A DNA stretch of 64,000 bases from IMG/VR virus record IMGVR_UViG_3300045988_052780; one strand, 5' to 3'. Below, piece by piece: positions 48,180 to 55,950 of the stretch. The DNA comes from a virus. The notes beneath the pieces were generated by a model. It had not been told where the DNA came from. It worked only from the letters and a program-made list of their open reading frames with translations, and did not search any database. Positions within the stretch are counted from its first letter, which is position 1; every line of letters begins with the position of its first letter. Both the position numbers and the translations under genes were made by a program.

Positions 48180-49040
48180 TCTGGGTAGTGTGGCTCGAAC
48201 ACACGACATCTAGGTCTAGGAACTAATGCTTTAGAGATTTATCCAATCATTAGAGTTAATAGATTTAATATCTGACGTTTTGGTTGGAAGGTTGTAGCTC
48301 TTACACCACTTTCTAACAGCGTTATCTGAGACTCCAAAGTCCTTTCCAATTTGAGTAAATGGTTTAAATCTAATTAATTCTTTTAGTTGCTCTCTTGTAG
48401 GTCTCTCGACCTTCTGTGCATTCTTAGTAGCACACTCTACACATATACCATTAGCCTTAGAGACTTTGTTAGTGTTACACTGAGAACAGATATAAACTTT
48501 AGGTAAAGGCTCAGATTCCTCTGAACTCCTAACAAAAGAATTAGATACTTTATGTCCTAGCATGTTCTCTAACAGGTAATCCTCTGCTTTGTTATAAGCA
48601 CCACTGTTGTTAGCAGGTGGTTTGAGTCTTAATGTCTTGTCAGTTGAACACTCACTTACTGGAACAAGGTAAACCTTGTTATCGTAACAGGTTGCAAAGT
48701 AATCTATCTGCTCATCATCGTATCTCCTACGAATTGTCTCTTTGGTGTTGGTAGTCTGTGTGACTGTACTAAAATGAAATGCATCTAAATCTCGTACACC
48801 ATTCCTAATAGGATTACTAGACGACTTGCACTGAACTTTAAGGAGTTCATCGCCAGTATCTACTATCATGTCATATCTGGCACAATCACCATAAGGAATT
48901 GAGCAATCAAATCCCATTGACATGAATCCCATAAGGCAGGTTAGTTCTGTAATGTTACCTTTAGATTTTGTATAATCCATATGTTATACTCTAAAGTTTA
49001 GTTCCCAAACCTAGCATTCTACCTACTGAATTATACCCAG
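48180..49040 (-). tRNA. tRNA-Pro(TGG) split at the 3' side of the anticodon loop by a ~790-nt intervening sequence carrying a YraN-like endonuclease gene (exon 1 ~49003..49040, exon 2 48180..48216)
   Basis: 5' half CTGGGTA TA ATTC AGTAGGTA GAAT G CTAGG TTTGGGA and 3' half (GA) CCTAG ATGTC GTGTG TTCGAGC CACAC TACCCAG A. All stems are perfect. The intervening sequence ends with CCTAGA, duplicating the start of exon 2. Confidence 0.6.
48231..48980 (-). CDS. YraN/I-Ssp6803I-like PD-(D/E)XK homing endonuclease with C-terminal zinc-ribbon and HTH DNA-binding extension
   Basis: The N-terminus ITELTCLMGFMSMGFDCSIP...DMIVDTGDELLKVQCKSS is paralogous to 47358..47795. C-terminal CSQCN...CVEC and a DFGVSDNAVRKW HTH. 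Confidence 0.6.
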   Translation of the reverse strand: MDYTKSKGNITELTCLMGFMSMGFDCSIPYGDCARYDMIVDTGDELLKVQCKSSSNPIRNGVRDLDAFHFSTVTQTTNTKETIRRRYDDEQIDYFATCYDNKVYLVPVSECSTDKTLRLKPPANNSGAYNKAEDYLLENMLGHKVSNSFVRSSEESEPLPKVYICSQCNTNKVSKANGICVECATKNAQKVERPTREQLKELIRFKPFTQIGKDFGVSDNAVRKWCKSYNLPTKTSDIKSINSNDWINL

Positions 49041-49110
49041 AGTGCGGAAGTCTAAATATGCTTGACATGGGTTATGCTGTAAGACTTCCTATCAATTCGA
49101 AATCAAGACG

Positions 49111-49184
49111 TGGGCAAGATAGGACTTGAACCTATGACCCCTACCTTATCAGAGTAGTGCTCTAACCAACTGAGCTACTTGCCC
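49111..49184 (-). tRNA. tRNA-Ile(GAT)
   Basis: GGGCAAG TA GCTC AGTTGGTTA GAGC A CTACT CTGATAA GGTAG, T-arm ATAGG TTCAAGT CCTAT. Confidence 0.85.
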
Positions 49185-49272
49185 ATCCACAGAAGACGCT
49201 ACCAATACTAATCATGTAAGAGGCGTGTGCTGTACGTCTTCTTAAATAAAATAATCATTTATGGATTATATG

Positions 49273-49289
49273 GTTGCGGAGATGGGAGT
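49273..49289. repeat. 17-bp direct repeat ttgcggagatgggagtt. It duplicates the 3' end of tRNA-Met (50000..50016) and flanks the GIY-YIG gene on its far side.
   Basis: 16/17 identity with 50000..50016. It is followed by the hairpin GATGGGA(N14)TCCCATC. Confidence 0.7.
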
Positions 49290-49936
49290 TATTGTGCATA
49301 TTCCCATCTATATCCGTATGCTGTCTTAGTCTTGTGCTTAGCTGCATTAGAGATATGGCTTCTAACACCTCCGTTATATGTCTTAGCATAACCGTTATCA
49401 ACACACCAATGTGCTGCATCAGCTACGCTATCAAACACTTGCACAAGCATATCTTCGTTGTACTGTTCTATCTTTACTGGAGGTTTACAGGAGCCACAAC
49501 GTGACTTGCTATTATTGTGAGACCTCTTAATGTCCTTCACTACTTTAGACACTGTGTCTGGATGACATCCTACTATTTTAGCAGTATCTTTCATCGAATG
49601 TCCAGCAGCGTAAAGCTCACGAATTTCATCATAGTTCCAAATAATAGAACCATCTCCACCGGTAGTGGCATTATAACCATTACCATAGGTTTTAAATTCA
49701 TTTATCCAGTAAGTTTCTCTTCCGCTAGATTCCTTTGACGAGCACTCTTCTAGCATTTCTATGCTAAATGAATCAATTCCATATTTATTCATGGCTCTAT
49801 ACAAAGGTCTATCTTTGCATCTCTCCTTCTTATAATCTCTACAGTGTTCTTTCCATCTCTTACTAACGGACGAAGTAGTTTTACCTATATACTTCTTTCC
49901 ATTTACATGGTTAGTTATGCAGTAAATATAAGACAT
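49289..49936 (-). CDS. GIY-YIG homing endonuclease (I-TevI/Seg-like) with C-terminal DNA-binding region
   Basis: N-terminal YIYCITNHVNGKKYIGKT...RWKEH is the GIY-YIG signature. The C-terminal half has NUMOD/HTH-like segments. Confidence 0.8.
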   Translation of the reverse strand: MSYIYCITNHVNGKKYIGKTTSSVSKRWKEHCRDYKKERCKDRPLYRAMNKYGIDSFSIEMLEECSSKESSGRETYWINEFKTYGNGYNATTGGDGSIIWNYDEIRELYAAGHSMKDTAKIVGCHPDTVSKVVKDIKRSHNNSKSRCGSCKPPVKIEQYNEDMLVQVFDSVADAAHWCVDNGYAKTYNGGVRSHISNAAKHKTKTAYGYRWEYAQ

Positions 49937-49999
49937 TAAGCTTTAGTCGAATTAGCGTTACCCGAATCTCACCACGTGGAGGTTTCGACTATGAGATTC

Positions 50000-50078
50000 T
50001 TGCGGAGATGGGAGTCGAACCCAATATAACTAGCTTATGAGACTAGTATGATTTATATATCCGTTTCATTCCTCCGCA
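50000..50078 (-). tRNA. tRNA-Met/Ile2(CAT) with enlarged D-loop
   Basis: Acceptor TGCGGAG/CTCCGCA, anticodon stem CTAGT/GCTAG with loop CTCATAA, T-arm TTGGG TTCGACT CCCAT. The D region is 6 nt longer than standard. Confidence 0.5.
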
Positions 50079-50081
50079 AAG

Positions 50082-50153
50082 TGCTCCATACAGGATTCAA
50101 ACCTGTGACACGTAGGTTTAGGGTCTACTGTTCTATCGCTGAACTAATGGAGC
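50082..50153 (-). tRNA. tRNA with CUA anticodon (candidate amber-suppressor / TAG-decoding tRNA); loop is atypical (C33)
   Basis: Perfect acceptor GCTCCAT/ATGGAGC, D-arm GTTC AGCGATA GAAC, anticodon stem GTAG(A)/(C)CTAC with loop CCCTAAA, T-arm ACAGG TTTGAAT CCTGT. Confidence 0.5.
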
Positions 50154-50274
50154 GTGTGGCAATGCTTTTAAGGTGCACCGCCAATTCATCCTACTACTTA
50201 CTTCTCCACCCCGTAAGATTAACTATTCGGTGGTAAGACCAGTCACAACATGCTAACTGCTGTGGAGCCTTGTT

Positions 50275-50580
50275 TCAGTAATTTCCTACTAACTTAAGTT
50301 TCTTGAACATACGACCGTCATCTTGTAATGCGATTGCTGTTAATTGGTTATTAAGGTCTGGTTCACGGAACATAGAGTAATCCTTATTAGTAAGGTCTAA
50401 TCTAACTCTCCATTTATCCAAGTCAGCATATAAGTAGATTAAGTAGTTATTGTTCCAATTCTGATTAGGATGTTCCAATAACCACTGTGCTACTGCATGA
50501 CCACCTTGTACACAACCATAAACTACATCAAGCTTCTGGTCTATCAGCACATACAGTCTCTTCATCAGAATATGCATCAA
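50275..50580 (-). CDS. peptidyl-tRNA hydrolase, PTH2 family-like
   Basis: YVLIDQKLDVVYGCVQGGHAVAQW aligns by eye to the PTH2 block VVRTDLKMGKGKIAAQCSHAA. Size (101 aa) and the C-terminal KLKLVG fit the family. Confidence 0.45.
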   Translation of the reverse strand: MMHILMKRLYVLIDQKLDVVYGCVQGGHAVAQWLLEHPNQNWNNNYLIYLYADLDKWRVRLDLTNKDYSMFREPDLNNQLTAIALQDDGRMFKKLKLVGNY

Positions 50581-50875
50581 TTAGTGAATCAACTCTACTC
50601 ACAAAGTATTTCCATGTTTCCTTTGAGTAATCTCCACCGGAGCAACCGTACCAGCCGTTGAATTTTAATTTCTTCCAAGAATCTAATACTTGCTTGTAGT
50701 AAGCTTCTTGTGCATCCCCAACCAGTTTATGTTTTAGAATGTAATAAGCTACATACATTGCATGTAATAAACCTCTGTTACGATATACTTCTGATTGATG
50801 ATTAATTCTTTTAGCGACCTTCTGTGCTTTTACTAATTCGCTAATTTCTCTTTTAAAATCGTTAATTGTTGCCAT
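50528..50875 (-). CDS. hypothetical protein
   Basis: 115-aa ORF. Confidence 0.4.
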   Translation of the reverse strand: MATINDFKREISELVKAQKVAKRINHQSEVYRNRGLLHAMYVAYYILKHKLVGDAQEAYYKQVLDSWKKLKFNGWYGCSGGDYSKETWKYFVSRVDSLIDAYSDEETVCADRPEA

Positions 50876-50964
50876 AATAATTAGTTGTTAATAAGTTAAT
50901 AAAATTGTAATTTCTAAATAACAGACTAACTGTTATGGTGGTTTGTAAGAAATCTACCGCATAA

Positions 50965-51249
50965 TCATTTCCTTTTAAATTGTTTGCACATGTTAATAAA
51001 CTCATCTTCCGATTCGCATATAATCGGATTTATTTCCTTAATAAAATCCTCCTGATAAGCTTCTTTGGACAAATCATTTATATCATCAGGATAAACACCA
51101 TGCACATCATAAGCCATATTGGATTCCCAACAACAGAGCCAATCAGCTTCTTTAAACGATGAACATATACATACACTTATTCCAGCTTGCTCTAACCTTT
51201 GTCTAAGCTCTGGAGTATTATTCTTAATAATACAGCATTTACTCATCAC
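50965..51249 (-). CDS. hypothetical protein
   Basis: 94-aa ORF. Confidence 0.35.
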   Translation of the reverse strand: MMSKCCIIKNNTPELRQRLEQAGISVCICSSFKEADWLCCWESNMAYDVHGVYPDDINDLSKEAYQEDFIKEINPIICESEDEFINMCKQFKRK

Positions 51250-51617
51250 TCACTTTCACTGACGAATGGAGTCCAACTAAGACTAAGTGACTCTACTGTG
51301 TTATCGTCACTAACGGCATTGGCAGTAAAACCTCCATGACTGACATTATATTCAAGTACATTAGAAGTGTCATCTACATGTTTGTAAAATTCCGGATTAA
51401 GTAATGTGTCAATGACACTCTCTGCTGTTTCTCTCAATAATTTAGCAGTCAAGAATTTACCATTCCATGATACCGAGGCTGCTATAGGCGAGGAGGCCAA
51501 CTTATGGAAATCACAAGGCTGATTGACATCTATGTATAGATTATATATTTCCAATATCCTCTCGAAATCCATACCGTCTAAACATTCATTTTTAATCTTT
51601 TCACTTACACTGTTCAT
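51246..51617 (-). CDS. hypothetical protein
   Basis: 123-aa ORF. Confidence 0.4.
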   Translation of the reverse strand: MNSVSEKIKNECLDGMDFERILEIYNLYIDVNQPCDFHKLASSPIAASVSWNGKFLTAKLLRETAESVIDTLLNPEFYKHVDDTSNVLEYNVSHGGFTANAVSDDNTVESLSLSWTPFVSESE

Positions 51618-51639
51618 AATACTTCAAATTTAAAACGAG

Positions 51640-51711
51640 AGCGGGATAACAGAATCGAACTGTCATCTTCAGCTTGGAAGGCTGTTATAATAACCATTAT
51701 ACGAATCCCGC
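51640..51711 (-). tRNA. tRNA-Gly(TCC)
   Basis: GCGGGAT/ATCCCGC acceptor, anticodon stem (A)CAGC/GCTG(A) with loop CTTCCAA, T-arm GACAG TTCGATT CTGTT, discriminator U. Confidence 0.75.
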
Positions 51712-51799
51712 AGTTTACTTCTACTATTCTCACGAACCATAGAAGGGTTTGCTGAGCGAATGCTCAACAGATGTTGTATTTAATTATCGCAGTGTGGGG

Positions 51800-51883
51800 T
51801 GGGCCCGGGAGGACTCGAACCTCCAGTCCAATTAAGGAGTAGATTTACAGTCTACGCGGCTACCAATTACCGGTTACGTGCCC
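51800..51883 (-). tRNA. tRNA-Tyr(GTA), type II
   Basis: Anticodon arm GTAGA CTGTAAA TCTAC, long variable arm, T-arm GGAGG TTCGAGT CCTCC. The acceptor has one A:G mismatch. Confidence 0.65.
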
Positions 51884-52130
51884 AAATCACACAATCCATA
51901 TTAACTGATGAATTGTGAGTGCAAAGATAAGTAATCCTTCTCACATATAAAAGTTAATATGTATTAAATACAACATGGGGAAATTTAATTGGATATAGAC
52001 TTACTATCTTCACAGACTGTAAGCCTTTATGACCATTTCCAATAGTTGCTGTTTTAAGTAGTAATGGCAATGACACAGATGCAACTATCGGAAATTCTTT
52101 ATGAGTAATTTAAAACTACAGTAATAATAG

Positions 52131-52200
52131 TCAGCTAGGTGGGATTCGAACCCACACCACTTACATAATTTGTAAGTCTTCTAACTTAAATTACTAGCCT
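52131..52200 (-). ncRNA. tRNA-like element (canonical T-arm GTGGG TTCGAAT CCCAC plus 6-bp acceptor) with a non-cloverleaf body; candidate Y-RNA-like tRNA mimic or degenerate tRNA
   Basis: Minus strand is AGGCTAG TAATTTAAGTTAGAAGACTTACAAATTATGTAAGTGGTGT GGG-TTCGAAT-CCCAC CTAGCTG A. The body forms a 7-bp hairpin ACTTACA/TGTAAGT with a 5-nt loop instead of D and anticodon arms. It lies about 105 nt downstream of the vWA/Ro-like gene on the same strand. Confidence 0.4.
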
Positions 52201-52308
52201 TACCGCTCACAGGCATCATTCAAATAAATCCCATCTAATAGATTAGATATGTAATTAGACTGTCTTTGATTTGTAATGCACTTCTAATTACATAAGGAAT
52301 TTAATCTT

Positions 52309-54027
52309 CTAGCCTTGTTGAGTGGACACAGTGCGCTTATTATAAATTGGCTTCTCAGCCTTTGCAGGCTTACTCTGCACGCTTGCATTCTTTCTCGGTG
52401 TGTCCTTCTCTAACACCATCATATTCAAGAGTTCTTGATTCATCATGTAATCGAACAACTCTTTAGGCGTACTAGGATTCTGGAATCTCTTCTCTCCGGT
52501 TATAAATCCAGCAGTGGACTGACTTAATCCGTTAACAAAGAAACAGTTAGAAACATTGCGAATCAATTCAACTTTAGGCTTAGTCTGTTTAGAGGCTAAA
52601 TGCCAAATAATTAATTTAAACTGTTTAACAAACTCTTTGCTAAATCCAGCTTTTAAGAGTTTAGATTTAAATTCAATGAATTGTTCACTGGTGTTTCTTA
52701 AATGTCCCAATGCTCCGCTAATTACCAAACAGCCATTTGGAAATTCACCTTCCCGAATTCCTCCAGATTTAATAGATATAAGCATATCTGCAATCATAGA
52801 CAGAGTTGGACTAGTTACTAAGGCTTCCTCAGTATCTGAAATCCACTTACTAGTAGGAGTTGTACCTTCCCACTTACGTAAATCACATCTATTGTTGGCA
52901 AATACACCATACATGCCAGAGAACGCTACAGGCATTAATTCGGAATGATACATAGCATAAGCCTTACCAACACTATAAGCAGAAGTTTCAGTAGCTTCTA
53001 TCTCAGAATAAGCAGAATTACTAATGTCTCTAATTACTAATAGTGGTGATACTTTCTTTAGCTTAGCATTCTTCACGAATGTATTAAAACTAACATCTAT
53101 AGAAGAACCCATGAATTCTGGTACGAACTCTGCAATTTTATCAAGTCCAAATGGCTTAAATAAATTATGCACAAATCCGTCATTACAGGGCTTTCTACGA
53201 GTCTTCAGCCATTTCTGATACTTCTCTGCAAGACCTTGTTGTTTGAGGAATTTAGAGCCTACTAGCAGTGCTAGAGCCTTTCCTGGAACTGTATCAAAGT
53301 CAATGTCGAGTAATTTCTTATGGCTTATTAATTGCTGCCATTTCATAACTGTACCGCTGTTCTTCATCTTTCTATACTTACGATAAGATGAATAGTCTCC
53401 TTCCTCTTTCGGTTTACCATAAAGGCCTTCAGCTAGATATTTAGCAACTATGTTACGGGCTTTCGCCTCGTCTGTCTTACATATAGTATTAGCTCGAACT
53501 CTAGGAAGATACTTCTTTACTAAGTCACATGTTTGCCCTTCTACTAAACCAGCATAAATAGTCTTTCTAAAGAAATCCCAATCTAGTCTATGCTTGTATC
53601 CATGTAATTGAGCATCCATTACTAACATATTAATAAAGTCCTTCCAGCATCCTGCTGCCGCAAAGTAAGGCATATTGGCATGGAATGTAGATTTATGATA
53701 TGTTGCCAACCACATCATTCTTAATAAACCTTCATTCTTTAGACCACCTCCTCGCTGTGTGTCTAAGTAAATAACTCCATTAGGAGTAACTACTCTACAT
53801 TTACGTGTAATAAGTCTTACACAGGCAGTAAATTTGACACACAGCTTTGGATTGGCCTTCCACAGTTCATACATATCTTGACTAACGTCTTCATAAGAAC
53901 GTGGTTCAAGATAGTGCGCAAGGTTTACGAATTGGTCCACAAATACTTTAGTAGGATTTGTATACCTTCGTCCCCCACCTTGAGAGGGCTTAGAGCAAGC
54001 CTTTTTAGGCCTTTCATTCATTTCCAT
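52309..54027 (-). CDS. large vWA-domain protein. Tentatively Ro60/TROVE-like (Rsr), but not verified and could be another vWA-containing RNA or DNA processing protein.
   Basis: 572 aa with a MIDAS DxSxS motif (VIRDISNSAYS) about two-thirds along, as in Ro60 domain order (TROVE then vWA). A tRNA-like RNA lies immediately downstream. Confidence 0.35.
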   Translation of the reverse strand: MEMNERPKKACSKPSQGGGRRYTNPTKVFVDQFVNLAHYLEPRSYEDVSQDMYELWKANPKLCVKFTACVRLITRKCRVVTPNGVIYLDTQRGGGLKNEGLLRMMWLATYHKSTFHANMPYFAAAGCWKDFINMLVMDAQLHGYKHRLDWDFFRKTIYAGLVEGQTCDLVKKYLPRVRANTICKTDEAKARNIVAKYLAEGLYGKPKEEGDYSSYRKYRKMKNSGTVMKWQQLISHKKLLDIDFDTVPGKALALLVGSKFLKQQGLAEKYQKWLKTRRKPCNDGFVHNLFKPFGLDKIAEFVPEFMGSSIDVSFNTFVKNAKLKKVSPLLVIRDISNSAYSEIEATETSAYSVGKAYAMYHSELMPVAFSGMYGVFANNRCDLRKWEGTTPTSKWISDTEEALVTSPTLSMIADMLISIKSGGIREGEFPNGCLVISGALGHLRNTSEQFIEFKSKLLKAGFSKEFVKQFKLIIWHLASKQTKPKVELIRNVSNCFFVNGLSQSTAGFITGEKRFQNPSTPKELFDYMMNQELLNMMVLEKDTPRKNASVQSKPAKAEKPIYNKRTVSTQQG

Positions 54028-54388
54028 CTTGTAAAATTAAATTGGCAGGTTAATCTGAGAGTTCTTTATTCTAATTGATAAAATGGGACACATAGACATC
54101 GAGCCAGCTTAATACAACTCGCTACTTACACACTACATGCCCCATATCAAATGAGGAAAGAGGTTCACTTGATGACCTATCTACGTGCTGATTATAACGT
54201 AGACCGTGCAGATTCTCTCTTACACAATACTATGATGGACTCAAACCATCTCCACCCCTAGGTGAACTTTCCGTTATTCGAATAGTACAGGTTTCAACTC
54301 TTTATAACGCCTTTAAGTCAAAGTATACTCCGGAATATACTCTTAGTTCATCAGACCAAGTTTGCGCTTAGAATTATCTAAGATTAAG

Positions 54389-55087
54389 TTACCCTATTAA
54401 ATATGCAATTTGTAAATCTACGGATGTCCCGTTGTCTTCTAGAGTAACCGTTGTGGATATTGTTTCCAGTTGACCATTATTAACGATAGCACTTCTAATC
54501 TCATGTGGAGACTCAATGTGCAAATAGCCTTTACCGTCCCAAGCAGGTATATAACCTCCTCTCAAGATATTCTTGGAGGGAATGCTCTTATAGTAGAAGT
54601 CAGCTGTTCTATAATGTGCGAATGATACAGTGATTGGAACATCAGAAAGGTTGCCTATAGTAAAACCTCCCAATACAGTTGCCAATTTAGTAACCTTCTC
54701 AACATAAGAAGTTCTGCCAACTACTTGCAAAGAAATCTTCAAGCCTGGAGCGTAAAACTGCTTAACTCTGGAATTAATATCCTTTAGTGTTTGAAGTGAT
54801 TGCAGTTCTGAGATGTCAATATAATCCTTCTCAGATTCTTCATCGCCAAATACACAAGCTACCGAGATTGGCAGGCTTTCATTTATAAAGTCTGTAATCC
54901 TAGCAATTGCTTTGGTTGTGATTGGCTCATTTCCCATTCTAATTCTATTCGTAGCATATAAGATATGCGCTACAATATCTTGTAAGGGAAGTGATTGATT
55001 CTCTTTAGCGAAATTGCTGTCCATATCATATAGATACTGACAGATGTGCACCCCAAATTGGGATTGACTACTAATTGTTAATTTCAT
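54389..55087 (-). CDS. hypothetical protein (translationally coupled to the ParB-like gene)
   Basis: 232 aa. Its start overlaps the upstream stop by 4 nt. Confidence 0.45.
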   Translation of the reverse strand: MKLTISSQSQFGVHICQYLYDMDSNFAKENQSLPLQDIVAHILYATNRIRMGNEPITTKAIARITDFINESLPISVACVFGDEESEKDYIDISELQSLQTLKDINSRVKQFYAPGLKISLQVVGRTSYVEKVTKLATVLGGFTIGNLSDVPITVSFAHYRTADFYYKSIPSKNILRGGYIPAWDGKGYLHIESPHEIRSAIVNNGQLETISTTVTLEDNGTSVDLQIAYLIG

Positions 55088-55884
55088 AAACTTGCTATCT
55101 TCATATACATATTAAACCATGCTTCAGTAGTGTCCTTGGGCTCTTCCCAAGTTGCAGCTCTTCTTCTAAGTCTTACTATGAACTTAGTAAAAGGAATACC
55201 AAGTCTTGTACGTGCTTTCATCCAACCAGTACTGTGGTCTCTAGCGTATACAGATTGAGTTCCTAATACTTCTGAGATTAATGACAATTCATCCATCATA
55301 GTCTCTCCTAATTCTAACTGAGTTTCGTTAATTAATAACTTACCGTTGGAGAATGCAGTATTTAAAGATGCTCTTGTCCTACCTCCAGAAAGAAGACTTA
55401 AGCCAGCTTGTACCATATACTCACCATTACGAATAAATATAGATGGATATTTATCCATAAACTGTTTTAGTATCATATACGGTTCTTTCTTCTCATATAC
55501 ATAAGACATAAGTTTGTCATGTGCCTTCCATCTATTCTGAGTATTATTAATGAGACGGGCAGTTTCTAATGCAGATTCGTCGGCATAGAAGTATACTCTT
55601 AACGTAAATGGAATATTCCTTTTAAGACATTCCAAAGCAGCTGCAAGTCTGTGATTACCTTCAGTTACAAATCTGAAAGGAGTTGATACTAGAATAGGAG
55701 GAATATAATCCTTGTTTTGATAAGCTTTTACTAAGTCCTCAACCTTCTTAGGTTTGATTTCTCTGTTTCCGGGTAAGAACCTCAAAGCCTCGATAACCTT
55801 TCGGTTATCATTAGTAAGAACATAAACGTTCTCTGTGGTAACTCCATTTAGAAGTTTACCAAAATCAATGTTACCTCTTTCCAT
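55084..55884 (-). CDS. ParB-like nuclease domain protein (ParB/Srx fold)
   Basis: PPILVSTPFRFVTEGNHRLAAALE matches the ParB N-terminal domain box (xxxI(V)xGxHRxxAA). Confidence 0.5.
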   Translation of the reverse strand: MERGNIDFGKLLNGVTTENVYVLTNDNRKVIEALRFLPGNREIKPKKVEDLVKAYQNKDYIPPILVSTPFRFVTEGNHRLAAALECLKRNIPFTLRVYFYADESALETARLINNTQNRWKAHDKLMSYVYEKKEPYMILKQFMDKYPSIFIRNGEYMVQAGLSLLSGGRTRASLNTAFSNGKLLINETQLELGETMMDELSLISEVLGTQSVYARDHSTGWMKARTRLGIPFTKFIVRLRRRAATWEEPKDTTEAWFNMYMKIASL

Positions 55885-55911
55885 GTCAAAGTGATTTAAT
55901 TAGTTAATAAG

Positions 55912-55950
55912 TGGACCATCGCGGACTCGAACCGCGGTCTTCACAACTCT
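55912..55950 (-). ncRNA. tRNA 3'-half-like element (T-arm CGCGG TTCGAGT CCGCG plus acceptor 3' strand ATGGTCC A) with no matching 5' half nearby
   Basis: Canonical T-loop and 7-nt acceptor strand. I found no complementary GGACCAT plus D-arm within 700 nt upstream. Confidence 0.35.
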
